Counted from the first letter of the stretch, positions 31,465 through 41,800 are shown. The stretch is 64,000 nucleotides of DNA from Gammaproteobacteria bacterium (GCA_050298595.1 JBNKUM010000100.1:96001-160000); one strand, 5' to 3'. The notes: generated by a model from the sequence alone, not told the origin. Numbers and translations are program-made.

Positions 31465-31583
31465 GACATTGTTATAAAAGACTGGTACTGATAGTGAGCA
31501 ATTGTTTTTTTAAAGGACTGGAATAGGTATGCTCGTGCAGAATGTTCAGAGGTCATAGTTGAGCGAAGCTCAGGAAAATCACA

Positions 31584-32261
31584 TTGAAACTGATTTTATT
31601 ACCAGGTCTGGATGGTACAGGGAATTTGTTTTCTCCTATATTAGGTGAGCTATCAGCATTTGACTGTACGGTTATACCGCTACCAGAAACTGGAGATCAA
31701 GATTACCGTGCTCTCACGGCATGGGTAAGGAAGCGACTTCCAGAGCAGGATTTTATTTTGATTGCAGAGTCATTTTCTGGCCCTATAGCTGCGACTCTGG
31801 CGGTGGCAGGTATAAAAAACTTGAAGGGAATTATTTTCGTAGCGACCTTTCTATCGGTTCCAAATAAGCCACTTATAAAAATGGCCAGATTATTTCCGAT
31901 TCAGTTTCTATCTTCTTTGCCGCTAGCTACATTTTTTCATAGAGTCTTATTTCTTGGCAGAGGTGCCGATAAAGAGCTAATGAGATTGTTTCAATTGACT
32001 GTCAGAGCGCTGCCATCAGCTCTTATTAAAGCCAGGCTAACCTCTATACTTTCATTGCCACTCAAGCTAGAGGAATGCGATCTTCCCGTGGTGTCTATTC
32101 GAGCGACAGAGGATAAATTGGTCTCAGCGACAAAAGCTGATGAATTTTCTCAGTTTTTTAACTATATAACATTCAGACTTATTGACGGACCTCATTTTAT
32201 ACTGCAAGCAAAACCAGTAGAGTGTTCGGCGATTATTTCTGAGCTTGCTCAAATGTTATAA
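31584..32261 (+). CDS. Alpha/beta hydrolase
   Basis: LLPGLDGTG, AESFSG nucleophile elbow, GPHFILQ; TTG start after AGGA. Confidence 0.85.
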   Translation: MKLILLPGLDGTGNLFSPILGELSAFDCTVIPLPETGDQDYRALTAWVRKRLPEQDFILIAESFSGPIAATLAVAGIKNLKGIIFVATFLSVPNKPLIKMARLFPIQFLSSLPLATFFHRVLFLGRGADKELMRLFQLTVRALPSALIKARLTSILSLPLKLEECDLPVVSIRATEDKLVSATKADEFSQFFNYITFRLIDGPHFILQAKPVECSAIISELAQML

Positions 32262-32505
32262 TCATGCGAAGAATTTGATCATGTTGAATGAATCTTAAGG
32301 CGTCAAAATCACGATAGTTTTTTTTATGTCGTATGGTTGAAAAGGGGCATCTTCCTGGCTGGAAGCCAGGATACTATAAGATTCATCAGTGCTCTAAGTT
32401 GAACTTACACAAAGTGGCAACTGGAGGCACTGATGTATTTGTTTTACAGCAGGAAAAATATGAACAGGTAGTCACGTATTACCTGTTGTTATTCGGAGTT
32501 AGGAT

Positions 32506-32916
32506 ATGGAAGTAAGTTATATTAATGAACTATTTAACGATAGTTTAGAGCGTTGTAAGAACGATTCGGCTTTTCTTGATCGGTTTTTTGAGATATTTAT
32601 GTCGAAGTCAGAAGATATTCGATTGATATTTGAAGGCGTAGATATGGAGTCTATAAAGAGGATGTTATTGCTTTTGCTTCCAATCATGATGGCTGCCCAT
32701 AATGATAAACGTACGCTTGATTACTTCGCGGAAAAACATTTTAAAATGGGTGTTTCTCCTCATATGTTTCCTCTGTGGCTGGATAGTATGATTGAAGCTG
32801 TGAAGATTAGCGATAAGCGATTTGATGAGCGGATTGAGAAGTCGTGGAGGTATTTATTGGCTCCTGGGATAGATTATATGATGAGTGAGTATGCTCGTCT
32901 ATCTATAGCAAAGTGA
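32506..32916 (+). CDS. Single-domain globin
   Basis: FNDSLERC...FLDRFFEIF...F..VDM, proximal His in AEKH, WLDSM, W...LAPGIDYM. Confidence 0.75.
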   Translation: MEVSYINELFNDSLERCKNDSAFLDRFFEIFMSKSEDIRLIFEGVDMESIKRMLLLLLPIMMAAHNDKRTLDYFAEKHFKMGVSPHMFPLWLDSMIEAVKISDKRFDERIEKSWRYLLAPGIDYMMSEYARLSIAK

Positions 32917-33080
32917 ATAGTATTTCAGCTCGATGAACCCAGGTGAAATCACACTCTGGCATAAATAAAGGTATTAGATCTTTTTTATCAGTACATCGGT
33001 GCCTTTACGTTAGCGAGCCGTAGGTTTAACAATGTTTTTGATCATCACAGACAATCATATTAAAGATGAAATCAAACTGC

Positions 33081-33189
33081 GTAGGTTGGGTTCTACGCAC
33101 AATAATTTCACCATTCTCACCCAGCTAAACCGAGTATCATGTTCAAACATTTGCTAATGCTGTTTGTAAGTGCATGGAATGCACCCTGC
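33081..33189. repeat. Degenerate pair of GTAG-family REP-like sequences
   Basis: GTAGGTTGGG at 33081 and inverted GTGCATGGAATGCACCCTGC at 33170-33189 (internal palindrome followed by a CCTAC-like end). Confidence 0.4.
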
Positions 33190-33263
33190 CTGGCTAATGG
33201 TGATTCTTCAAAGATTCCTGAAATTCAGGAATGTCATCCAACTATAGAGAATATAAAGTAACA

Positions 33264-35423
33264 ATGAGATCATTATCGCTACTACGTGCTTTTTCACAGA
33301 TAATTCTTCTTGGCTTGCTGAGTACACATTTGCAAGCCGCTCCCAGTGTGAGTAAGGTGGAGGAGTCCACGATGGCTACAGATGCCACTACCTGGTGGGA
33401 TTCCCGCTATGGTAATGGTTATCTGAGCAGTATGTCCTATTCTCAGGATTCTTTGGTGACCTACAAGGGCTGGCAATACGCGGCCTATTACGATGCAAAT
33501 CGGCATGTGGCCATTAAACGCAGACAGTTACCTGATGGCAGCTGGGAGGGCCTGGTGTTAACGGACTACACCCAAACCACTAATGACAACCACAACAATA
33601 TCTCCATTGGTATCTCACCGGTGGATGGCCGTATTCATCTGGCGTTTGACCATCATGATGATAATTTGCATTACCGCTTCTCCACTGCTGATGTGGCCAA
33701 TTATCCCTCCAGTTACAGCTGGAACTCTTCCTTGTTTGGGGCAGTGCAAAACCACCTGAATAATGGACTGATCTCGCCGTTAACTTACCCCCGTTTTGTT
33801 ACCGCTGCCGACGGTACTTTCCTGTTTGAAGGCCGCCTGGGACAAAGTGGTAACGGAGAAAGCTGGCTCTGGCGTTACGATAACGACGGCAGTTGGACGC
33901 AGTTGGGTAAATTCGTTGAGAATAGCTACAATGGTGGCGATGCCAATGCCTATTTCTTTGGCATTCAGTTTGATCAGAACAATCGTTTGCATGCGTCCTG
34001 GGTCTGGCGTGAAAACTTCGGTGGCAATTCTAATCACGACATCATGTATGCTTACAGTGACGACTATGGTAGCACCTGGCGCAACAATGCCGGAGCGTTG
34101 GTTGCTACTACGGGTAGTAGCTTTATCACACTTGATTCCGATGTAAAAATCTACACCATTCCAACCGATTCAGGGCTGATCAATCAGGAAGCCATGATTG
34201 TGGATCTGCAGGGCAGGGTGCATGTTTTTGCCCGCCGTGACGCTGCTGGCATCAATAAACAGATGCATTACTGGCGAGATACTAATGGCAAGTGGTCGCA
34301 AATCGACACAGGCATTAGCACCAAAATTTGGGCTAACCGCTCGAAAGTGGCTTATGACAGCATGGGCAACCTCTACGCAATTATGCCCAACATCCAGATT
34401 GCTTCAGCCTCTGCTGCCAGTGGCTACTCCGACTGGACGGTCGTGAGTGTGGATGACAATGGTCGTTTTAATCATTCCGAGCCGTTGATCGATATTTCAG
34501 GTTTGAAAGCCGGTAGTAATACGTTATATGTTTATGCCCAGAAAGGTACGGTAAAAAACACGTCTAGTGAAATTGAGGTGATTAAATATAGCCTTAATAC
34601 CGGCACTTTCTCAGGTTGGACTCTATGTGCGAATGAAGGTCAGCTGTGTGAATTCAGTGGCACTCGTGAAGTACGTTATGGTGCCAACGGTAGCTATAAT
34701 TCTGGTAGTTATAGTGATAAAACTACTTGTAGCAATAGCATCTTCGGTGACCCTGCTCAAGGGGCAGAGAAGGTATGTGAAGTCAAAGTTGCTGCCAATG
34801 AAGTGCCGTCGGATTGGGCTTTCTGCGGCAACGAAGGTGATACCTGTAGCTTTAATGGCACTAGAGAAGTTCGCTATGGCGCTAATGGTAGCTATAAGAC
34901 AGCTGTCTTCACGGGCAGTGCCGCTTGTGGCAACAGTACTTTTGGCGATCCCATCAGAGGCGAGGTCAAGTTCTGCTTTTACAAGAAGCAAAGTAGTCTG
35001 GTGGTAGGAACCTGGCGGATCAAAAATCGCAACAGCAGCAAATGCCTGCGCACCAGGGACAGCTCCCTGGATAATCAGGCCCAAGTTGTGCAATACACAT
35101 GCGACGGTTCAGCCATTGAGCAATGGAAAGTGAGTGAGATCAGCCCGGATGTGTTCAGCATTGAGCATGTAGCCAGCGGTAAATATGCGGATATCGCCGG
35201 TGCCGCTACTACAGAAGGCGCCAATAATATTATCTGGCCCAGCAATGGTGGCGAGAATCAGAAATGGCGGATAGTGGGTTTAGGCAATGGCTATTACCAT
35301 ATCATCAACCAGCATAGTAAGCTGCTATTAGATATCTTCCAGGCTTCTAAGGCCAACAATGCCAATAATATCCAGTGGACCGACAACGGTGGTCTAAACC
35401 AGCAATGGCAATTTATTCAGTAA
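33264..35423 (+). CDS. Secreted BNR-4 beta-propeller protein with two Cys-rich repeats and a C-terminal ricin-B lectin domain (putative carbohydrate-active enzyme)
   Basis: Signal peptide; DNHNNISIG...DGRIHLAFDHH, LTYPRF, YAYSDDYGSTW Asp-box; two 66-aa repeats; QxW ricin repeats (EQW, NQKW, NQQW). Start could be 33231. Confidence 0.75.
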   Translation: MRSLSLLRAFSQIILLGLLSTHLQAAPSVSKVEESTMATDATTWWDSRYGNGYLSSMSYSQDSLVTYKGWQYAAYYDANRHVAIKRRQLPDGSWEGLVLTDYTQTTNDNHNNISIGISPVDGRIHLAFDHHDDNLHYRFSTADVANYPSSYSWNSSLFGAVQNHLNNGLISPLTYPRFVTAADGTFLFEGRLGQSGNGESWLWRYDNDGSWTQLGKFVENSYNGGDANAYFFGIQFDQNNRLHASWVWRENFGGNSNHDIMYAYSDDYGSTWRNNAGALVATTGSSFITLDSDVKIYTIPTDSGLINQEAMIVDLQGRVHVFARRDAAGINKQMHYWRDTNGKWSQIDTGISTKIWANRSKVAYDSMGNLYAIMPNIQIASASAASGYSDWTVVSVDDNGRFNHSEPLIDISGLKAGSNTLYVYAQKGTVKNTSSEIEVIKYSLNTGTFSGWTLCANEGQLCEFSGTREVRYGANGSYNSGSYSDKTTCSNSIFGDPAQGAEKVCEVKVAANEVPSDWAFCGNEGDTCSFNGTREVRYGANGSYKTAVFTGSAACGNSTFGDPIRGEVKFCFYKKQSSLVVGTWRIKNRNSSKCLRTRDSSLDNQAQVVQYTCDGSAIEQWKVSEISPDVFSIEHVASGKYADIAGAATTEGANNIIWPSNGGENQKWRIVGLGNGYYHIINQHSKLLLDIFQASKANNANNIQWTDNGGLNQQWQFIQ

Positions 35424-35453
35424 GTATTTTTTGTTCTGAATTTAGCTAAACCC

Positions 35454-35495
35454 CTTCTACATGAGCTTCGTTATTCTACGATGGTCATGTAGAAG
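35454..35495. terminator. Hairpin between convergent genes, possible terminator
   Basis: Perfect 11 bp arms CTTCTACATGA / TCATGTAGAAG ~30 bp after the BNR-4 gene stop; no strong U-tract. Confidence 0.4.
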
Positions 35496-35500
35496 CTTGA

Positions 35501-35618
35501 ACCTGGATTCCGCAGTTGACCGCTCGCATAGGAAGGTAACCCACTGTTTCGTAGAGTATAACAGTCGATTTATTTTTAACCCAACAGGTGAGTGTGAGTC
35601 CAACTGCGGATTCCAGGT
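35501..35618. mobile_element. MITE copy 2 (118 bp, internally deleted, opposite orientation to copy 1)
   Basis: ACCTGGATTCCGCAGTTG ... CAACTGCGGATTCCAGGT terminal inverted repeats; TGA on both flanks. Confidence 0.82.
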
Positions 35619-35657
35619 TGAATGAAATCATAACCCGCCACGGGAATTTCCATGAGT

Positions 35658-37145
35658 TTAAAACTCAGCATTTCCCCTATTGTCAACACTGCTCACCGCC
35701 AGTTGCCACTGTTTTAAAAGTTTATCTCGTAACTCTGGCTCCATTGCAGGTTTGAAGGTGCTGGCTTTTAACCACAGCTGTGAAATGGTTTCAGTCGAGT
35801 CAAAAAGTCCGGCCTGTAATCCAGCCAGATAGGCTGCTCCCAATGCGGTAGTTTCGGTAACCACCGGTATTTCAATGTCGATGTCCAGAATATCCGCAAG
35901 CATCTGACACATCCATTGGTTGGCTACCATGCCGCCATCCACTCTCAGGGTGTCTATGGCATAGCTGGTATCCTTGCTCATTGCCTGCATCAGGTCGTAG
36001 GTTTGATAGGCAATAGATTCTAATGCCGCTCTTGAAAAGTGTTCAGGACCAGTATCGCGGGTGAGACCGAAAATAGCACCCCTGGCATTCGGGTTCCAGT
36101 AGGGCGCACCGAGGCCGACAAATGCAGGAACCAGATAAACGCCATCGTTACTGGCAAGTTCTCGTGCATGAGTCTCGGTCTGGCTGCTGTCCTGTATGAT
36201 CTTCATGCGATCACGCAGCCATTGCACGGCAGCACCCGCAATGAAGATAGAACCTTCCAGTGCATAGGTGGTTTCGCCGTTTAAACGATAGGCGACTGTA
36301 CTCAATAAACCTCTGTTTGAATTGACTACTTCATTGCCTGTATTGATTAATGCAAATCCACCTGTGCCGTAAGTACTTTTGATACTGCCCGGTTTAAAAC
36401 AGCTTTGCCCTATGGCTGCGGCCTGTTGATCACCAGCGACGCCACCAATTGGTATTTCGTAGTCTATAGCCCGTTTGCTGCTTACCCCGAAGTCAGCGGC
36501 TGAATCGCGTACCTCGGGTAACATGCTTGCAGGGACATTAAATATGTCGAGTAATTCTTCATCCCATTGTTGTGTGTGTATATTGAATAACAGGGTGCGC
36601 GAGGCATTGGTGGCATCGGTGGCGTGTACCTTGCCATCGGTTAAGCGCCAGATCAGAAAACTATCTATGGTGCCAAAAGCCAGTTTGCCCTGTTTGGCGA
36701 GCTCTCTGGCTCCATCGACATGATCCAGTATCCAGGCGACTTTTGTGGCTGAAAAATAGGGGTCAATGACAAGACCGGTTTTGTCTCGAATAGATTCTTC
36801 CAGGCCTCGCTGTTTTAATGCGGCACAGAGATCAGCGGTTCGAGTATCCTGCCAGACGATGGCTTTGTGTAGTGCCTGGCCGCTTTCTCTATTCCAGACG
36901 ACTACAGTTTCGCGTTGATTGGTAATACCGATAACACTGACCTTACCAACTTCAGATAATACTTTTTTACAGACATCCTGAGTGCTTGACCAGATTTCTT
37001 CAGGATCATGTTCAACCCAGCCTGAATGCGGGAAGAATTGCTCAAATTCCTGTTGGGCGGTAGCAACGGCATGGCCTTTGGTGCCAAATATAATCGCTCG
37101 TGTACTGGTAGTGCCCTGATCGATGCTAAGAATTAATTCGCTCAT
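35658..37145 (-). CDS. glpK: Glycerol kinase
   Basis: IDQGTTSTRA, GITNQRET, YFSATK, GDQQAA, KSTYGTG, DGGM, ETTALGAA. Confidence 0.97.
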   Translation of the reverse strand: MSELILSIDQGTTSTRAIIFGTKGHAVATAQQEFEQFFPHSGWVEHDPEEIWSSTQDVCKKVLSEVGKVSVIGITNQRETVVVWNRESGQALHKAIVWQDTRTADLCAALKQRGLEESIRDKTGLVIDPYFSATKVAWILDHVDGARELAKQGKLAFGTIDSFLIWRLTDGKVHATDATNASRTLLFNIHTQQWDEELLDIFNVPASMLPEVRDSAADFGVSSKRAIDYEIPIGGVAGDQQAAAIGQSCFKPGSIKSTYGTGGFALINTGNEVVNSNRGLLSTVAYRLNGETTYALEGSIFIAGAAVQWLRDRMKIIQDSSQTETHARELASNDGVYLVPAFVGLGAPYWNPNARGAIFGLTRDTGPEHFSRAALESIAYQTYDLMQAMSKDTSYAIDTLRVDGGMVANQWMCQMLADILDIDIEIPVVTETTALGAAYLAGLQAGLFDSTETISQLWLKASTFKPAMEPELRDKLLKQWQLAVSSVDNRGNAEF

Positions 37146-38697
37146 GTTTTATCTCCGTGATATTCGGATTAGGGTCATACTTTTTATAAAAATCAGATAT
37201 CCATTGCTGCAGGTGTACTACTTCACTCTCGTTGAGTCTTAAACCTTTTTTACTGCGGCGCCATAAAATATCATCGCTATGATAAGCCCATTCATGGCGC
37301 ATTAAAAAAATCACCTCGCATTCATATAGTCCACCACCAAAATATTCACCCAGGTCCTGCGGTTGTTGGCAGGATTGAAGAATGGTGTCGATATCAGTGC
37401 CGTAGTTGCGGCAGTAGTCGGTCACAATAGTCTGATCCAGCCAGTTGTATCTGATTTTAGCCTGTGTCAGGAATTTATCGAAATCAGCCTGCTCAATATT
37501 TCCACCGGGCAGGGTGCTGAGTGCAGTCCAGGCTGGTTGTGTAATGTCCAGTGGTTGCTGCAGCAGGTCGAGTACCTGTTCAGAAAGTTTACGGTAGGTA
37601 GTCACCTTACCGCCATAAACCGAGACTACCGGAGCACCATTCAAATCCAGATCCAGCTCGTAGTCTCGGGTGACCTTGCTCGCATTATCGCTGGCGTCAT
37701 CAAACAGTGGCCGAACGCCAGAATAACTCCATACTACCTGATCAGCTGTGACAGGTGTTTTGGTGTATTGACTAACGGCCTGACAGATATAGTCGATTTC
37801 CTGCGTATCAATTTTTACGTTATTCAGGTCGCCCTGAAAGTCATGATCGGTAGTACCTAACAGGGTAAATTCGTTTTCAAAGGGAATGGCAAAAAGAATA
37901 CGGCCATCCTGATTTTGAAAGATGTAGGGATACTTATGATCAAACAGTTTTTTAACAATTATATGACTGCCTTTTACCAGTCTTACCGAGCGCGCTCTGG
38001 TCGATTTATTATAAAGGCCAAGTGTGTTATCTACCCAGGGACCAGCGGCATTCACTATTGCTCGACAGTTAACGGTTTGCTGTGTTGCGCTATGTTTATC
38101 GATTAGCGTGGCAGTCCAGTGATCGGCATGGCGCTGCAGGTCGATGCATTCGGTATGCGTAAGTATATTGGCTCCTCGCTCAGAGGCATCGCGTGCGTTC
38201 AGTACCACCAGTCGTGCATCCTGTACCCAGCAGTCGGAGTATTCAAAAGCACGGGTGAATTCTGCTTTGAGAAAATCACCGGCAACATGTTTATTCAGAT
38301 TTACACTATTGGATACGGGCAGCTTTTTTCTGCCACCAATATAATCGTATAGAAACAGTCCCAGGCGTAACATCCAACGCGGTCTTAAGCCGGTATGATG
38401 CGGCAGTATAAAACGCAGTGGCCAGATGATATGTGGCGCGCTATGCAACAGGACTTCACGTTCCTGCAAGGAGTGGCGTACCAGTAAAAAGTCGTAGTGT
38501 TCGAGGTAGCGCAGGCCGCCATGAATTAACTTTGTACTGGCCGATGAAGTGTGCGCCGCCAGATCATCTTTTTCGCATAGCGTTACTTTCAGGCCGCGTC
38601 CGGCTGCATCTCGAGCGATACCGCAACCATTAATACCGCCGCCAATGACCAGTAGGTCAATAAGCTCATTTTCAGCACTTTTGTTACGAGTGAGCAT
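37126..38697 (-). CDS. glpD: Aerobic FAD-dependent glycerol-3-phosphate dehydrogenase
   Basis: IGGGINGCGIARDAAGRG, SSASTKLIHGGLRYLE, GGKVTTYR. Confidence 0.96.
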   Translation of the reverse strand: MLTRNKSAENELIDLLVIGGGINGCGIARDAAGRGLKVTLCEKDDLAAHTSSASTKLIHGGLRYLEHYDFLLVRHSLQEREVLLHSAPHIIWPLRFILPHHTGLRPRWMLRLGLFLYDYIGGRKKLPVSNSVNLNKHVAGDFLKAEFTRAFEYSDCWVQDARLVVLNARDASERGANILTHTECIDLQRHADHWTATLIDKHSATQQTVNCRAIVNAAGPWVDNTLGLYNKSTRARSVRLVKGSHIIVKKLFDHKYPYIFQNQDGRILFAIPFENEFTLLGTTDHDFQGDLNNVKIDTQEIDYICQAVSQYTKTPVTADQVVWSYSGVRPLFDDASDNASKVTRDYELDLDLNGAPVVSVYGGKVTTYRKLSEQVLDLLQQPLDITQPAWTALSTLPGGNIEQADFDKFLTQAKIRYNWLDQTIVTDYCRNYGTDIDTILQSCQQPQDLGEYFGGGLYECEVIFLMRHEWAYHSDDILWRRSKKGLRLNESEVVHLQQWISDFYKKYDPNPNITEIKHERINS

Positions 38698-38718
38698 TGA
38701 TGTTCATCCCTGTTTGGG

Positions 38719-39003
38719 TTAAACCCATTTAAAAACAAAAAAGCTATAAAAAACCGAAATGATGACGGCACCCCATAGCGGCGTGCTAAATGCAGCTAGC
38801 CATCCAAGAGAGATGAAAATACTGCCGAGTATAGAGATGAATAAACGATCTCCTCGAGTAGTATCAAGACCCAGAATGCCGTTGCGCGGATTACCACCGG
38901 GTGAATAATGCTCCCATACTGCCATTACTAGAAGGCAGAACAGGATGAATAGAAAAAAAGCTGCTGTCGGCCAGGTCCAGGCCATCCAGGATAAATCTAA
39001 CAT
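38719..39003 (-). CDS. glpU: Small membrane protein of glycerol ABC system (DUF2160/GlpU)
   Basis: WMAWTWPTA, TTRGDRLFISILGS; ATG at 39003 after GGAG. Confidence 0.85.
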   Translation of the reverse strand: MLDLSWMAWTWPTAAFFLFILFCLLVMAVWEHYSPGGNPRNGILGLDTTRGDRLFISILGSIFISLGWLAAFSTPLWGAVIISVFYSFFVFKWV

Positions 39004-39025
39004 ATCGATATCTCCATGTTCATAC

Positions 39026-39826
39026 TTACACTCGACCCAGGGCAAAGCCTTTGGCGATATGGTTGCGTACAAAATAAATAACAAACGCGCCTGGTATGAT
39101 GGTCAGGGCGCCAGCTGCAGCAAGCAGGCCAAGCTCATAGCCTGAGGTGCTTGCGGTACGTGTCATGGTTGCGGCGATGGGTTTGGCATATACCGAGGTC
39201 AGGGTCTTAGCCAGCAGTAATTCTACCCATGAATACATGAAGCAGAAAAAGGCTGTGACCCCAATACCAGAGGCAACGGTCGGGATAAATATCTTGGTAA
39301 AGAAATGAGGAAAGGAGTATCCATCCAGAAAAGCCGTTTCATCAAGCTCTTTGGGTACACCAGACATAAAACCTTCCAGTATCCAGACTGCCAACGGAAT
39401 GTTAAACAGACAGTGTGCGAGCGCCACAGCTATATGTGTATCGAACAGGCCGACGGCTGAATACAGCTGAAAAAATGGCAGAGCGAATACCGCAGCCGGG
39501 GCCATACGGTTGGTTAGCAGCCAGAAGAATAAATGCTTGTCACCCAGGAAATGATAGCGTGAAAAAGCATAGGCAGCAGGTAGCGCGACAATGACAGAAA
39601 TGACTGTATTCATCGCTACATAGGTAATGGAATTAAAATAACCGTTATACCAGGTAGAATCGGTAAATATGGTTTTATAATTCTCCAGTGTAAATTCAAT
39701 GGGCCAGAGTGAAAACGTGCCCAGTATTTCATTGGTGGTTTTAAAAGACATATTAATCAGCCAGTAGATAGGCAGCATCAGAAATATGATATAAAGAGTC
39801 GGTAACAGATATTTATATCTCAACAT
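39026..39826 (-). CDS. glpQ: Glycerol ABC transporter permease (GlpQ, Rhizobium nomenclature)
   Basis: CUT1 permease with EAA-type motif ELDETAFLDG; C-terminal IAKGFALGRV; glp context. Confidence 0.85.
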   Translation of the reverse strand: MLRYKYLLPTLYIIFLMLPIYWLINMSFKTTNEILGTFSLWPIEFTLENYKTIFTDSTWYNGYFNSITYVAMNTVISVIVALPAAYAFSRYHFLGDKHLFFWLLTNRMAPAAVFALPFFQLYSAVGLFDTHIAVALAHCLFNIPLAVWILEGFMSGVPKELDETAFLDGYSFPHFFTKIFIPTVASGIGVTAFFCFMYSWVELLLAKTLTSVYAKPIAATMTRTASTSGYELGLLAAAGALTIIPGAFVIYFVRNHIAKGFALGRV

Positions 39827-39828
39827 GA

Positions 39829-40692
39829 TTAATCCTCATTTCGCATCATCAGGGTATAGAACACCCAGCTAACCAGTAGCACGACAAAAAAGTAGATCAA
39901 CGACATAGCCGCTGCAGGCCCAAGGTCGAACTGACCCAGAGCGATCTTGACCAGATCGATAGACAGGAAAGTGGTGGTGTTGCCGGGACCGCCTCCGGTC
40001 AATACAAAGGGTTCGGTATAGATGTTAAAGCTGTCCATAAAACGCAGCAGTATGGCGATGGTAAGTACGCGTTTCATTTTGGGTAACTGAATACGCCAGA
40101 ACACGGCCCAGTGGCTGGCACCGTCTATTTTTGCAGCCTGGTAATAGGCATCTGGAATCGAACATAGACCTGCGTAGGCCAGCAGTACTACCAGAGAGGT
40201 CCAGTGCCAGACATCCATCACAATGGTGGTTATCCAGGCTGAGGTAGGTTGCTGGGTATAGTCATAATCGATACCAATGGCATTGATGCTATGACCCAGT
40301 AAACCGATATCGGGCAGCGCAAAGATATTCCACATCGCGCCCACTACATTCCAGGGAATTAACAGGGGCAGAGCCATTAATACCAGGCATACCGACACCC
40401 AGGGCCCTTTGCGGGGCATGGCCAGCGCGACAGCAATACCTAGTGGTATTTCTATCAGTAGAATGGTTCCGGTAAATGCTAGCTGGCGCATAAAGGACTC
40501 ATGGAAACGCGAAGAATGCAGAACGTTTTCAAACCACTTCACCCCTTCCCAGAAAAACAGGTTATCGCCAAAGGTTTCCTGCACCGAGTAATTCACAACC
40601 GTCATTAGCGGTATCAGGGCGTTGAATGCAACAAGCGCGACCACTGGTATAACGAAGAGCCAGCCTTTTTGATTGATACTTTTAGTTATCAT
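39829..40692 (-). CDS. glpP: Glycerol ABC transporter permease (GlpP, Rhizobium nomenclature)
   Basis: MTVVNYSVQETFG, YYQAAKIDGAS, TGGGPG. Confidence 0.85.
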   Translation of the reverse strand: MITKSINQKGWLFVIPVVALVAFNALIPLMTVVNYSVQETFGDNLFFWEGVKWFENVLHSSRFHESFMRQLAFTGTILLIEIPLGIAVALAMPRKGPWVSVCLVLMALPLLIPWNVVGAMWNIFALPDIGLLGHSINAIGIDYDYTQQPTSAWITTIVMDVWHWTSLVVLLAYAGLCSIPDAYYQAAKIDGASHWAVFWRIQLPKMKRVLTIAILLRFMDSFNIYTEPFVLTGGGPGNTTTFLSIDLVKIALGQFDLGPAAAMSLIYFFVVLLVSWVFYTLMMRNED

Positions 40693-40704
40693 TTTATTTA
40701 TTCC

Positions 40705-41796
40705 TCAATTGACTACCCAGCTATCGGCATACAGGCGGGTTTTATCCGGGTCAAAGATAATGCGCGGACTTTCCGAAGGTATGCTCTGGTCTTCAGGAGA
40801 TACTATGTGAATCACATGTTCGTTATGTTTTGTTTCTACGATACGGTATCGACCAAGGTCGCTTACCTTAGTGATTTCTACAGGAATTGACGGGGTTTCA
40901 GATGTGGACTGGTGGTTTTGATCAAAACGAATGAATTCAGGTCTGACCCCTATTTCCAGTTTTCCATTAATTTTGTTTGGCTCGGCGTTAGATGCTGTTT
41001 TTATCTTGATACCAGAAAAGCCGATTTCGCCACCTAACTTATCAGCAGGCAGAATGTTCATACCGGGTGATCCGATAAAATGCCCCACGAAAGTGTGTCT
41101 GGGGTGTTCAAATAACTCTACCGGGGTGCCAATCTGAACCACCAGGCCATCGTGCATCACCACAACTCTATCTGCGAAGGTAAGCGCTTCGGTTTGATCA
41201 TGGGTTACATAGATCATGGTAATGCCCAGACGCTGGTGTAGCTCCTTTAGCTTGGAGCGGAGTTTCCATTTCAGGTGAGGGTCGATAACAGTTAGTGGTT
41301 CATCGAACATAATGGCGCTAACATCATTACGAACCAATCCGCGTCCGAGAGATATTTTCTGTTTACCATCGGCGGTCAAACGGGAGGCACGACTTTTCAG
41401 TGAGTCTTCCAGTTCCAGCATTTGTGCGATCTCATGCACTCTTTTCCTGATATCTTCTTCTGCAAAGCCGCGATTGCGTAATGGGAAGGCGAGATTGTCA
41501 TACACCGTCATGGTGTCGTATACCACAGGAAACTGGAATACCTGAGCAATATTCCTGTCGCTTGTGGACATTTGGGTAACATCTTTATCATCGAACAGGA
41601 TCTTGCCTTCAGACGGGGTAAGTAATCCTGAAATAATATTCAGTAATGTGGTTTTGCCGCAGCCCGAAGGACCAAGCAATGCGTAAGAGCCGCCATCTTC
41701 CCACACTGTATCAATTTCTTTTAGAGCATAGTCCTCACTACTAACCGGGTTTGGAGTGTAGCTATGCCTTAATTGCTGTAACTTAATCTGAGCCAT
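40705..41796 (-). CDS. glpT: Glycerol ABC transporter ATP-binding subunit (GlpT, Rhizobium nomenclature)
   Basis: GPSGCGKTT, degenerate signature LTADGKQK, FDEPLTVIDP. Confidence 0.85.
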   Translation of the reverse strand: MAQIKLQQLRHSYTPNPVSSEDYALKEIDTVWEDGGSYALLGPSGCGKTTLLNIISGLLTPSEGKILFDDKDVTQMSTSDRNIAQVFQFPVVYDTMTVYDNLAFPLRNRGFAEEDIRKRVHEIAQMLELEDSLKSRASRLTADGKQKISLGRGLVRNDVSAIMFDEPLTVIDPHLKWKLRSKLKELHQRLGITMIYVTHDQTEALTFADRVVVMHDGLVVQIGTPVELFEHPRHTFVGHFIGSPGMNILPADKLGGEIGFSGIKIKTASNAEPNKINGKLEIGVRPEFIRFDQNHQSTSETPSIPVEITKVSDLGRYRIVETKHNEHVIHIVSPEDQSIPSESPRIIFDPDKTRLYADSWVVN

Positions 41797-41800
41797 AGTG

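Noticed and set aside
32333-32515. 60 aa ORF upstream of the globin
   Set aside because: No motif or clear RBS; cannot be supported.
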